Positions 18,751 to 30,039 of a stretch of DNA of 64,000 nucleotides are shown one piece after another (position 1 is the first letter of the stretch; each line of letters opens with the position of its first letter). Made by a program: the position numbers and the translations under genes. The stretch is from Candidatus Omnitrophota bacterium. Its GTDB lineage: Bacteria > Omnitrophota > Gorgyraeia > Velamenicoccales > JABMQK01. The notes beneath the pieces are model-generated. The model did no database searches. It was not told the origin of the DNA and saw only the letters and a program-made list of their open reading frames with translations. The stretch covers positions 710,032-774,031 of the forward strand of contig JAQTSV010000001.1 in the NCBI GenBank assembly GCA_028711115.1, written 5' to 3'.

Positions 18751-19965
18751 ATGAAACGAGTTGTAATTACCGGCTTAGGCGTTGTGAGTTCAATCGGAAT
18801 AGGCAAAGACGAGTTCTGGTCGAATTTGATTAAAGGCAAATCCGGAATTTCCAAAATAGAGTCTTTTGATACCACTGGTTATCCTACGCAATACGGCGGG
18901 GAGATAAAGAATTTCAAATCAGAAGAATTTATCAATAGGCGCAAAGTTAAGTCGTTAGGACGAGCTTCTCAGCTCAGCATAGCCGCTGCTAAATTAGCCC
19001 TCCAGGATTCCCACACAGAGATAAAAGAAATTAAGAATAGAAATTTCGGTGTTTGTGTAGGTACAACTATGGGCGAGACTCAATTGATGGAGGAGATGGA
19101 TTCGACCTGGATTAAAAGCGGAGAAGACAAGGTAAAATTTTCTTTGGTATATTCTTTTCCCACCAATATTATATCCGCAAATTTAGCTTTAGAGCTAAAA
19201 GTCAATGGCGATAACTTTATGATGCCTACTGCCTGTGCTGCAGGTAATTATTGCATTGGTTATGGAGCAGATATAATAAGGAGCAGCAAAGAAACAAATA
19301 TTGTGTTAGCCGGAGGGACAGATGCTTTTTCTAAGGTTGCTTATACTGGTTTTAACCGCCTCTATGCTATGGCTCCGGAAAAATGCCAGCCATTTGATAA
19401 AAACAGAAAAGGAATGTTGCTTGGCGAAGGCGCGGCAATTTTGGTTTTAGAATCATTAGATAGCGCGTTACAAAGAAAAGCCAATATCTATGCAGAAATT
19501 TTAGGTTATGGTTTAAGTTGCGATGCTCATCATATGACTCAACCCTTAGAAGAGGGCATTGCAAAATGTATGTTAAAGGCAATGAATGAGGCAGGCATTG
19601 GTGCAGGTGATGTAGATTATATCAGCGCCCACGGAACAGGAACTCCGCAAAACGATAAAATAGAGGTTGCTGCTCTAAAGAAAGTCTTTGGTAAAAGATA
19701 TAAAAAGATTCCGGTATCATCCATTAAATCAATGCTCGGCCATACAATGGGTGCAGCTGCGGCAATGGAGGCAATTGCTTGTTGTTTGGTTTTAAAAGAA
19801 GGCATTCTTCCACCGACTATAAATTATGAAATCCCCGATCCGGAGTGTGATATTGATTGTGTGCCGAATAAGGCAAGGAAACAGAAGGTTAATATTGTGC
19901 TTAACAACTCTTATGCATTTGGTGGGAATAATGCGTGTTTGGTACTGAGGAAATACAATGTTTAA
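18751..19965 (+). CDS. Beta-ketoacyl-ACP synthase (FabF-like, catalytically complete)
   Basis: PTACAAG (Cys), SAHGTGT (His) and KSMLGHTMGAA (His) are all present. Confidence 0.92.
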   Translation: MKRVVITGLGVVSSIGIGKDEFWSNLIKGKSGISKIESFDTTGYPTQYGGEIKNFKSEEFINRRKVKSLGRASQLSIAAAKLALQDSHTEIKEIKNRNFGVCVGTTMGETQLMEEMDSTWIKSGEDKVKFSLVYSFPTNIISANLALELKVNGDNFMMPTACAAGNYCIGYGADIIRSSKETNIVLAGGTDAFSKVAYTGFNRLYAMAPEKCQPFDKNRKGMLLGEGAAILVLESLDSALQRKANIYAEILGYGLSCDAHHMTQPLEEGIAKCMLKAMNEAGIGAGDVDYISAHGTGTPQNDKIEVAALKKVFGKRYKKIPVSSIKSMLGHTMGAAAAMEAIACCLVLKEGILPPTINYEIPDPECDIDCVPNKARKQKVNIVLNNSYAFGGNNACLVLRKYNV

Positions 19966-21604
19966 TAATATTCATTTAAATCCATTTGCCATTTCTAATT
20001 TATTGATAGTTTTGACTTGTTTTCCACTGGCTATAGTAATATTCATTTACGGAAAAACAAAGTTAAGCAAAATATATTGCCTGCATGTTATTTCTCTTGG
20101 AGTATGGGGTTTCGGTGCTTTTTTTGCTTCCTCAATTATAGTTTCGAATATTTCTTATATTTGGTGGTTAATTGCTTATTCAGGCGTTATTATCATTCCT
20201 GTCTTTTTTCTGCATGTAGTTTGTATTTTATCTAATAGATTAAAAAATCCGCTTTTATTATTCAGCTATATTCAAGCAATAGTCTTCCTGGTATTAAATT
20301 TTATGGGTTTAATTTTTAAAGAAAATAAATTTATGTTTAATTCTTTTTATTATGCTCAAGGAAACTTTTTGCATTATGTTTCATTCTTTATTTGGAGCAT
20401 CATCGTTATTACTGAATATTATTTATTAATAAGACTAAATTTCAGAAATAAAAATAGATCTTTTATGATTTTATTTTTAATAGCTACCATAGGCTATGGC
20501 GGCGGATTAATGAATTTCTTTCCAGCTTTCGGTTTCAATATTTACCCTTGGGGCAATTTCACGGTTCCCATATATCTTATTGTAATAACTTGGGCAATAT
20601 TTAAGTATCAAGTTTTTGAAGTCAATGTAGCATTTCAAAAAAGTTTTATTTATTCAATTCTAATTGCTTTAATCACTGCTACTTATTTTATTTTCGTCTT
20701 TTTAGCCGAGAAACTTTTCCAAGGCATGGTTGGGTATACTTCGTTGTTTATCAGCATTATTTATGCTTTTGTAATTGCTTTATTTTTTAATCCTGTTAAG
20801 AACAAGATTCAGTATTTTGCGGATAAGATTTTCTTAGGTAAAACTCCTATTCAAATTGCCAAAGAAAATGAACTCTTGCGTCAGGAGCTTTTGCGTGCAG
20901 AAAAGTTAAAGACAATTGCAACCTTTGCTTCCGGAATGGCACACGAAATTAAAAATCCTTTAACAGCCATAAAGACATTTAGCGAATATTTACCACAAAA
21001 AATCGGCGATAAAGAATTTATGCAAAAGTTTTCCCATATTGTCAGTTCTGAGGTAGAGAAAATAGATGATTTAGTCCACCAATTACTTGATTTTTCCAAG
21101 CCAGCACCTTTACAATTAAAGGAAGCAGATATTCATAGGCTTATTGATGATACGCTTGAACTATTAAGCAGCCAGTTTATTAAATATAAAATTAATGTTA
21201 CAAAAGATTATTGTGATTACAAGATGATTGCAGTGATAGATACACAGAAAATGAAGCAGGTGTTCTTAAATCTCTTTCTCAACGCCATCGAAGCAATGCC
21301 TGCCGGCGGCAATCTTACGATTACCATCAGGGTTAACAGTGAGCAATTAACAGACAACAGTAAGCAGGTGACTGCACAGACTCGCAGAAATTTTATTGAA
21401 ATTTCTGTGAGCGACACTGGCTGCGGAATTTCAGACAAAGATATGCCGCACATCTTTGAGCCATTCCATACAACTAAGGAAAAAGGAAGTGGATTGGGTT
21501 TGTCTATAGTTTATAATATTATCAAAGAACATAAAGGAAGCATTAAAGTAAAAAGCAAGCTTAAAGAAGGCACAAAGTTTATTATTGAGTTACCAAAAGC
21601 GTAA
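19958..21604 (+). CDS. Sensor histidine kinase with a polytopic 7TM-type N-terminal domain
   Basis: About 290 aa of TM helices, then H-box SGMAHEIKNPL and an HATPase region (DTGCGI, GSGLGLS). The start overlaps the KS stop (ATGTTTAA). Confidence 0.88.
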   Translation: MFNNIHLNPFAISNLLIVLTCFPLAIVIFIYGKTKLSKIYCLHVISLGVWGFGAFFASSIIVSNISYIWWLIAYSGVIIIPVFFLHVVCILSNRLKNPLLLFSYIQAIVFLVLNFMGLIFKENKFMFNSFYYAQGNFLHYVSFFIWSIIVITEYYLLIRLNFRNKNRSFMILFLIATIGYGGGLMNFFPAFGFNIYPWGNFTVPIYLIVITWAIFKYQVFEVNVAFQKSFIYSILIALITATYFIFVFLAEKLFQGMVGYTSLFISIIYAFVIALFFNPVKNKIQYFADKIFLGKTPIQIAKENELLRQELLRAEKLKTIATFASGMAHEIKNPLTAIKTFSEYLPQKIGDKEFMQKFSHIVSSEVEKIDDLVHQLLDFSKPAPLQLKEADIHRLIDDTLELLSSQFIKYKINVTKDYCDYKMIAVIDTQKMKQVFLNLFLNAIEAMPAGGNLTITIRVNSEQLTDNSKQVTAQTRRNFIEISVSDTGCGISDKDMPHIFEPFHTTKEKGSGLGLSIVYNIIKEHKGSIKVKSKLKEGTKFIIELPKA

Positions 21605-21606
21605 AA

Positions 21607-22724
<1,118 letters not shown>

Positions 22725-22728
<4 letters not shown>

Positions 22729-24179
22729 AAGAAAAATACGATACGGTGATTATTGGAGCAGGGATTGGGGGATTGATTTGCGGTTGCTATTTATCCAAAG
22801 CAGGACTGGATGTTTTAATAATAGAGCAACAAAACAAACCTGGTGGATACTGCGTTTCATTTAAAAAAGGGGAGTTCAATTTCGATGCTGGCGGTCATTA
22901 TTTAGGAGGAGTACGAAGAGGAATTTTAGGAAAGATTTTGGAAGAATTAGATTTAAAGAGTCATATAAAATATAAACAATTCGATCCTTCAGAGAAAATC
23001 ATCTTGCCGAATAATATGCTTTATCTAAGAGCAGATCCACGCGATACAATAAGAGAATTTAGGAAGAACTTTTCAAAAGAAAAAATAAATATTGATAATT
23101 TCTTTAAATTTATCATGCAGAAAAATTTTCTAGATATTTACACAAAAGTAAAAAAAACTACCTTTAAAGAAGTAGTGGATAGTTTTTTTGAAAGTAATCA
23201 ATTAAAAGCAACTTTAGGAGCTTTTTTATTCAATAGTGGGACACCACCAGGCAAAGCAGCTGCGTCGCCGGCCATTGTTTTATTTCGCCAGTATTTATTA
23301 GATCCAGGCTATTATCCTTCCGGTGGCTTTCAAAAATTTCCTGATGTGTTAGCTGAGAATTTCGAAAATAATGGTGGGAAAATTATATTATCAAATAAAG
23401 TGAATAAGATTATAACCGATTCTAATAAAATTAAAGGAGTGATTATTGATGGCAATAGAGCAATTGGCGCCAATAATGTCATATCTAATGCTGATGCAAC
23501 TGAAACTTTTAAAAAAATGTTAGATATACCAAATAGAGAGGCAACTATTGTAGATAAAATGATTCCCTCTCCTTCCATGTTTATATTATATTTAGGACTT
23601 AATATAAATTTAAGAGAAAAATTGAGAGAGAGTTGTAATATTTATTATTTTTCTACCTATAATATAGACGAAATTTTCTCAAATCTAGATAAAATTTTAA
23701 TGATTGATAAAATACCAAGTATATTTTGTGTTCCTATTTCTTTGCATAATTACTCTAATGAATTTAAAAAAGGTTCGATGGTAATCTTGACTATTGCACC
23801 TTACAAATCTTGCAAATTTTGGGATAAAAATAAAGATAGTATCAGCGAGAGAATAGTAAGTCTTGCTAATAAATTAATACCTGGTTTATTGAGTTCTATA
23901 GAGTTGCAAATTTGTGCTACGCCTATCACTCTGTCAAAATATACCTTAAATAGAGAAGGAGCTTTTGCAGGATGGTTACCTATTTTATCACAAACAAAAG
24001 CTGATCTCTTACCGCAAAAAACTTCTATCGACAGACTTTATATTGTTGGACAATGGTGTACTTCCAGTTACCTTCCTTCTGGTGGAATAGCTAATGTAGC
24101 CCTTACAGGTAGAAGGGTTGCTAGATGGATTATAGAAGATTCAAACAGAATATGGAAATATCCTGAACTTTATTTATAA
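22725..24179 (+). CDS. FAD-dependent oxidoreductase of the phytoene desaturase / RetSat (CrtI-like) family
   Basis: 484 aa; the N-terminal VIIGAGIGGL dinucleotide motif with a GGY..S continuation and a C-terminal GQW...GGI region are typical of the family. Confidence 0.78.
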
Positions 24180-24187
24180 TAAATAAC

Positions 24188-26365
24188 ATGAATCTATATT
24201 CAATACCTTTATTTATTATCTCATTGGTTTTTATAGTGTTGGGAATCTTTGTTTATTTAAAAAATAATAAAAGGATTCTTAATAAACTATTTTTATATCT
24301 AAGTATCGCTGGTGGTATTTGGTTATTCTCTTACTCTATGGCATATAATAGTAGTCTTAATGAATTAGCACAATTATGGTTAAAAATTGGTTATAGCGGA
24401 GTGGTTTTTATTGCAATAACAGGATTTAATTACACTGTGGAATTTTTAAAAATAAAGAGAACCAAAAAACTTGTTTATATATGTTATTTTATAGGTTGGA
24501 TCTTTGTGGTTTTAATATGGATAAGCAGATGTTTAATACGCGGTATTCATAATTTCTTTTGGGGATATTATCCACAAGCAGGTAACATCCATCCAATTTT
24601 TTTAGTATTTTTTATAGGTATAGTGAGTTTTTCTCTCATGCTTTTATGCTATTCTTTGTGGTTTAAAAGTAAAAAATCTACTCCATTTGAAAGAGCTCAA
24701 ATTAAATATGTATTTCTAGCTTTTTTATTTTATAGTTTTGCCTCTGTCGATTTTCTCCCTAATTATGGAATAGAAATTTATCCTTTTGGTTATATCCCTA
24801 CATTAGTATTCATTCTGATTATAGCTTATACTATTATTAAATATAGGTTAATGGACATCACCATTGCAATTACCCGTACGGGAATTTTTATTGCTGTCTA
24901 TTCATTAGTTTTAGGTACTCCATTTATTATTGCCTATTCTTTACGACCTTATTTATTAGGTTTCTTTGGGGATAAATGGTGGTTCGTACCTATGGGATTG
25001 CTTACTGTTTTGGCAACCGTAGGTCCTTTTATATATATTTATATCAATACAAAAGCAGAGGATAGGTTACTTCGTGAGCAACGTCAGTATCAGAATACTC
25101 TAAGGCAGGCATCCAGTGGTATGATAAGGGTGAGAGAATTAAATAGATTGCTTAATTTAATAGTTCATGTTGTGACAAAAACTGTTAAACTTGAATTTGC
25201 AGCTATCTTTCTTCTAAATTCAGAGAACAATCAATACGTAATGGTAGCCAAGAGAGATTCTTCAGTCTTGTCTAAAAGTTTTAGTTTAGATATTAATTCT
25301 TCGCTTATAAAACAGCTGCATTCAAAAAGAGAGCCTCTGGTTTATGAGGAAATACAACTACAATCACAAGATAGTTCCTATGATGTAAAGTTAGCCTCTT
25401 TAGAAAAACAACTGAAAGAACTACAAGCTGCTGTGGTGGTTCCCAGTTTTGTAGGTAATAAATTATTAGGCCTTATTGTCTTGGGCAAGAAACTTTCCGG
25501 TAAGATTTATTCTCAAGATGACTTAAATGTATTTTCGGTTTTGGCTAATCAGGCAGCTTTAGCTATAGAAAATGCCCAGTTTTACGAGGATGTAAAAAAG
25601 ACACAGGAACAGTTATTCCAGGCAGAAAAAATGGCTACTGTCGGAACAATGGCTGACGGCCTTTCGCATCAGATAAATAATCGTTTTCAGGCTTTATCTT
25701 TGATTGCCGGAGATTCTCTGGATATTCTGCAGTCTCTGGATATGTCTAAAAGTTCTTCAGAATTTAAAGATGTCTTGGAGCAGTTAAAATATGCATTGCA
25801 AAGAATACAGACCAATGTTATGCAGGGCGGCGATATTGTCAAAGGGCTTTTGAAATATTCCCGTCCCGGGCCAAAAGGATTTGAGCCGGTAGATTTCAGT
25901 AAAATTGTCGAAGGTGCTTTGGAAATGGTGCAATATAAAGTGCGGCTGCAGGATTTAGATATAGAAAGGCAAATCCCCGGCGATCTGCCTCAGATAAAAT
26001 GCAACCTGACCCAGATGGAAGAGGTGTTTTTTAATCTCATCGATAATGCTTACGACGCCATTAAAGAGAGAAAAGAAGCCTTAAAAGACTCAAGCTTCAG
26101 AGGCAAGATTGCAATATCTGCAATACAAAAAGATGAAAGCGTCTGGATTGTTTTTCAGGATAACGGCATAGGTGTCAAAGACAGGGACAAGGCCAGTTTA
26201 TTTACTCCATTTTTTACTACCAAGGCCACCAGCAGAAAAGGCACAGGTTTGGGCCTATACGTTATACAAAAAATAATAGGTTTTCATAACGGCACAATTA
26301 GTGTAAACTCTACATATAACGTAGGCACGAAATTTGAAATACTATTACCGCTTGCTAATAAGTAA
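24188..26365 (+). CDS. Sensor histidine kinase: 7TM-type N-domain, GAF, HisKA and HATPase
   Basis: The N-terminal TM region is paralogous to 19958..21604. It also has a GAF-like segment (LLGLIVLGKK...ALAIENAQFYE), H-box DGLSHQINN, and DNGIGV/GTGLGL. Confidence 0.88.
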   Translation: MNLYSIPLFIISLVFIVLGIFVYLKNNKRILNKLFLYLSIAGGIWLFSYSMAYNSSLNELAQLWLKIGYSGVVFIAITGFNYTVEFLKIKRTKKLVYICYFIGWIFVVLIWISRCLIRGIHNFFWGYYPQAGNIHPIFLVFFIGIVSFSLMLLCYSLWFKSKKSTPFERAQIKYVFLAFLFYSFASVDFLPNYGIEIYPFGYIPTLVFILIIAYTIIKYRLMDITIAITRTGIFIAVYSLVLGTPFIIAYSLRPYLLGFFGDKWWFVPMGLLTVLATVGPFIYIYINTKAEDRLLREQRQYQNTLRQASSGMIRVRELNRLLNLIVHVVTKTVKLEFAAIFLLNSENNQYVMVAKRDSSVLSKSFSLDINSSLIKQLHSKREPLVYEEIQLQSQDSSYDVKLASLEKQLKELQAAVVVPSFVGNKLLGLIVLGKKLSGKIYSQDDLNVFSVLANQAALAIENAQFYEDVKKTQEQLFQAEKMATVGTMADGLSHQINNRFQALSLIAGDSLDILQSLDMSKSSSEFKDVLEQLKYALQRIQTNVMQGGDIVKGLLKYSRPGPKGFEPVDFSKIVEGALEMVQYKVRLQDLDIERQIPGDLPQIKCNLTQMEEVFFNLIDNAYDAIKERKEALKDSSFRGKIAISAIQKDESVWIVFQDNGIGVKDRDKASLFTPFFTTKATSRKGTGLGLYVIQKIIGFHNGTISVNSTYNVGTKFEILLPLANK

Positions 26366-26420
26366 TTTTTTGTCGTCAGCATTTATTACATAAATTAGGA
26401 AAACAAAGCGAGGTGAGAAG

Positions 26421-26789
26421 ATGCCAAAATTATTAATCGTTGATGATGAAATGGATGTGCGTGAATTCGCCAAGAGCTTTTTCAAAAGGAGAAAGATTGA
26501 CGTGGTGACAGCGGCCAGCGGAGAAGAAACTCTTTCCATGCTGGAGAAAGAAATGCCTGATTTGATAATTCTGGATATCCGCTTGGAAGGAATGGACGGC
26601 ATCGAAACCTTAAAGAGGATGCGCCAGATGGGAAATAAAACCGACGTAATTATGGTTACAGGAGTGGACGAAAAAGAAACTATGGATAAGGCAAAGGAAT
26701 TAGGCGCTATTGATTATATACACAAACCGCTTATTCTGGATGAATTGGAAAAGGTTGTTTTGAAACGTTTAATTAATCCAGGAAAATAA
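26421..26789 (+). CDS. Single-domain response regulator (CheY-like receiver)
   Basis: LLIVDDE, DLIILDIRLEGMDG and a conserved K in IHKP. Confidence 0.88.
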   Translation: MPKLLIVDDEMDVREFAKSFFKRRKIDVVTAASGEETLSMLEKEMPDLIILDIRLEGMDGIETLKRMRQMGNKTDVIMVTGVDEKETMDKAKELGAIDYIHKPLILDELEKVVLKRLINPGK

Positions 26790-26804
26790 AATAACCAGGA
26801 CGCC

Positions 26805-27980
26805 ATGAAGATTAATTACAAAAAAGAACTGGAAGATGCAGCGCGCAAGATGATTCTTGTGCACAGGCCAAAGACGTTGATTCAGTTAATTGTCAGGATG
26901 ATTGTGCACAAAGTCAAGGTGCGCCACGCAGGCATTCTTCTTTTTAACCAGAAATTAAACAGCTATATATTGACTGTTTCCCGGGGGAGGATGGGTTTAA
27001 AAATTCCTTCGGGTTTTATCCGCATTGATCCTGATAATGCCATGATAAGGTTCTTTACAAATAAACACAATTATCAATATATAGACGGCGGCGCCTTAGT
27101 CTATAGCAAAATAGGTAAAATTCTGAAAAACAGGCGTTCGCTCAGTAAACACAAGGATTTAAAAGAAACTCTTGTGGCTTTAAGAAATCAGATGAATTTA
27201 TTCGAGGCAGTTGTATGCATACCCAGTTATTTTCAGGATAAATTATTGGGGATTTTATTTTTAGGGAAAAAGATCTCCGGAAGGCATTTTCACCGCGACG
27301 AATTAGACTTTTTCATCGCCTTGGCCCATGATGTGGCTATGGCCATACGCAATGCCCAGCTGTTTGAGGAATTACAGGAACAAATCGAACGCAATAAGCG
27401 CATGTTTTTAGAAACCACCAAAGCCTTGGCTAGCACAATCGACGCCAAGGATCATTATACCCATGGCCATACGGAAAGGGTGACGCAGGTCAGCCTAGCC
27501 ATAACCAAGAAATTGATAATTACAAACCGCATAGATGTGGATTCTGCCTTTTTGGATGATTTAAATATCGCTGCCTTATTGCATGATATAGGAAAGATTG
27601 GCGTTCCGGAGAATATTTTAAATAAGAAGGGTGAGCTTAACGATGAAGAGAGAAGGAAGATAAATGAGCATCCTCTGATTGGAGCCGGAATTATTGAGCC
27701 CATTGAGGATTTGAAGAGAGCGATTGACGGCGTCAAGTATCACCACGAACATTTTGACGGGACAGGCTATCCCGAAGGCCTGAAAGGCAACCGTATCCCT
27801 CTGATTGCTGCGATTATTGCCGTGACGGATTCCTATGACGCCATGACTACCAATCGTCCTTATCGCCCAGCGCTGAATAAAAAAGAGGCGGTTGAGGAGA
27901 TACGTAAATTTAGTGGAGTTCAGTTTCATCCTTTAGTAGTTAAGGCTCTTGTGGAATTATACGAGGAGGGTGGCCTCTAG
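26805..27980 (+). CDS. GAF-domain HD-GYP phosphodiesterase (c-di-GMP turnover family)
   Basis: HGHTERV, LLHDIGKIGVP and HHEHFDGTGYPEGL motifs. The GAF segment resembles that of the upstream kinase. Confidence 0.86.
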   Translation: MKINYKKELEDAARKMILVHRPKTLIQLIVRMIVHKVKVRHAGILLFNQKLNSYILTVSRGRMGLKIPSGFIRIDPDNAMIRFFTNKHNYQYIDGGALVYSKIGKILKNRRSLSKHKDLKETLVALRNQMNLFEAVVCIPSYFQDKLLGILFLGKKISGRHFHRDELDFFIALAHDVAMAIRNAQLFEELQEQIERNKRMFLETTKALASTIDAKDHYTHGHTERVTQVSLAITKKLIITNRIDVDSAFLDDLNIAALLHDIGKIGVPENILNKKGELNDEERRKINEHPLIGAGIIEPIEDLKRAIDGVKYHHEHFDGTGYPEGLKGNRIPLIAAIIAVTDSYDAMTTNRPYRPALNKKEAVEEIRKFSGVQFHPLVVKALVELYEEGGL

Positions 27981-27992
27981 GATTTCTGAGGC

Positions 27993-28352
27993 CTAAATAT
28001 TTCTTTCCACGCTTTTGAGTATTTCTTTTGCCGCAAACGGTTTCACGATATAATCTACTGCCCCTGCATTTATCGCTTCCGTAGCAGTATCTACGCTCTT
28101 ATATCCGGTAATAATTATAACCTTTAAATCAGGTCTTTTTCCTTTAATCTTTTTTAAAATATCCAGGCCGCTCATTTTGGGCATCTTTATGTCTAATAAT
28201 GCAAGATCAAATTTTTCTCCACCTTCAAGAAGGCACAAACATCCCTGCCCATTGTCACAAAAAGATATATCATAATTATCTTTTAAAATTAAATTCAGTG
28301 ATTCCCGGATACCGACTTCATCATCACAAATTAAAATTCTTTTTTTAGACAT
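27993..28352 (-). CDS. Single-domain response regulator (receiver)
   Basis: ILICDDE, DLALLDIKMPKMSG and DYIVKPF motifs. Confidence 0.86.
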   Translation of the reverse strand: MSKKRILICDDEVGIRESLNLILKDNYDISFCDNGQGCLCLLEGGEKFDLALLDIKMPKMSGLDILKKIKGKRPDLKVIIITGYKSVDTATEAINAGAVDYIVKPFAAKEILKSVERNI

Positions 28353-28387
28353 TAGATACTCCTTTCTTTTGATTCAGAAGTTTTGTC

Positions 28388-28945
28388 CTATAAAGCTGCC
28401 GGGCTGCTTATTACCAAGCATTTTGCCGGTTTCTTACCTATATTTATAAAACGATGGGGGAGAGAAGACTTAAAATACAAACTAGTTCCTTTCTTTAATT
28501 CATACTGTTTGTCTTCAATATCTATATGAATCTGGCCTTCGGTGCAATAGACAAATTTCTCAGTGCCTGCGGTATTTTGTTCCAGATGAGTTTTGCCTTG
28601 AGGCTCGAGTATGAGGAGCTGAGGCAACATACTATTTCTTTGCGCATTCTTAGTCAATATTACGGATTTAGCCCTTTCATCATAAGAAAATATTTCCGTC
28701 TCATTGGTGGTTTTTTCACTCAACGTTGTTATTTCTTCTTTGGGAATGTCCAACCCTTCATACAAATCTTTCAGATTAAGATTCAAAGCTTCGCAGATTT
28801 TCATGTGTGTTTTTAGCGTTCCTTGAGTTATATCGTTTTCAATTCTGCTCAATGTGGCTTTGCCCACACCGGATTTTTTGGCAATGTCATCGAGTGTCAG
28901 ATCGCGAGATTTTCTTAATCTTTTAAGCTTTTCGCCGATATTCAT
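28388..28945 (-). CDS. XRE-family HTH plus cupin-domain transcriptional regulator
   Basis: An N-terminal LKRLRKSRDLTLDDIAKKSGVGKATLSRIEN region and a C-terminal cupin (GTSLYFKSSLPHRFIN). Confidence 0.85.
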   Translation of the reverse strand: MNIGEKLKRLRKSRDLTLDDIAKKSGVGKATLSRIENDITQGTLKTHMKICEALNLNLKDLYEGLDIPKEEITTLSEKTTNETEIFSYDERAKSVILTKNAQRNSMLPQLLILEPQGKTHLEQNTAGTEKFVYCTEGQIHIDIEDKQYELKKGTSLYFKSSLPHRFINIGKKPAKCLVISSPAAL

Positions 28946-29163
28946 TTAATCCCCCTTTATAAAACAGAAAAATTAATTAAGTTGTTAATTATAAGATAAC
29001 ATATTCCGAATAAGACGTCAAGAATTATTATTAAAAACGGAACTTTTGTTTACAAAAAGAGAAATTAAATACGGCTTAGATATTTTGTTTTACAGTCTTA
29101 CCGACGAGATTATGTTAAAAGAAACAGGGAAAAATTCCTGTTGTCGAAAACGGAAAAAATATG

Positions 29164-29192
29164 TTGACAATAACGGAACAAAATGGTATATA
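29164..29192 (+). promoter_or_regulatory. Sigma70-like promoter TTGACA-17-TATATA upstream of the RHS operon; the spacer contains the AACGGAACAAAAT motif
   Basis: TTGACA at 29164-29169 and TATATA at 29187-29192 (indexed by hand), 33 nt before ATG 29225. Confidence 0.5.
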
Positions 29193-29224
29193 TGTATTGA
29201 GGATAATAGATACAGTAATCCAAA

Positions 29225-30034
29225 ATGAAAGAGAAAAAAATATTCAGTAGACCGTTCAAAATAATCCTGCCGCCACTCAAAACCATTTTCCCGACATTCT
29301 TTATCTTTTTGTGTTTTACGGCTTTTGTCTATGCCGATCCTACAGTCCATCCAAGAAATTTAGTTATAACTAGCCCTAGGATAGAAAGGTTAAATTTAGG
29401 TACTACGGCTAATGCGATAAACATAGACATTGTTCCTCCTGTCGGCAGAATCACAATAAATAACGGAGAAGATTATACAGATTCTAGAGATGTAGTATTG
29501 ACTCTTGACGCGGTAGACAGCGGTGGCATTATGGGTAGGGTGACGCAGATGCAGTTTTCTAATGACGGAAGCCATTGGTCTACGGCTGAGCCATATGTAC
29601 ATAGCAAGAATTGGACATTATCCGAGGGCGAGGGGGAGAAAATAGTTTATGTCAAATTTAAGGATAGGGCCGGGAATTGGTCAGAAAGTTTTTCGGACGC
29701 AATTATTCTGGATACGACCCCACCAAATCAGCCCCCGCAAATTATGTCTTTATTCCCGCAAAATAATTCTAAATTTAGAGAAGGAGATATTGTTAGCATA
29801 GGAATTCAGGTACACGATCCGGATAATGATAACTTAGAATATCGTTATTTGGTGGATGGTAATGTTGTTCAGGATTGGATTTCTTCAGCCAGCTATCCCT
29901 GGCAGACGCAGATAGGCGACGTTAAATTAAAGACAATTACTATAGAGGTAAGAGACGGGCACGGCGCCACTGCCTCCGTAGAAACACATATATTTTTATT
30001 CAGAAAACCGCCCAAACCACAGAGCGAGGAATAA
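29225..30034 (+). CDS. Secreted protein with Ig-like/surface-protein repeat domains
   Basis: Signal peptide (FFIFLCFTAFVYA), then VVLTLDAVDSGG...MQFSNDGSHWS...KIVYVKFKDRAGNWS and a second beta-sandwich-like module. It ends 6 nt before the RHS gene. Confidence 0.65.
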   Translation: MKEKKIFSRPFKIILPPLKTIFPTFFIFLCFTAFVYADPTVHPRNLVITSPRIERLNLGTTANAINIDIVPPVGRITINNGEDYTDSRDVVLTLDAVDSGGIMGRVTQMQFSNDGSHWSTAEPYVHSKNWTLSEGEGEKIVYVKFKDRAGNWSESFSDAIILDTTPPNQPPQIMSLFPQNNSKFREGDIVSIGIQVHDPDNDNLEYRYLVDGNVVQDWISSASYPWQTQIGDVKLKTITIEVRDGHGATASVETHIFLFRKPPKPQSEE

Positions 30035-30039
30035 ACAAA

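Noticed and set aside
29046-29228. 60-aa ORF upstream of the RHS operon
   Set aside because: It overlaps the predicted promoter and repeated motif region, and it has an implausible composition and no RBS.
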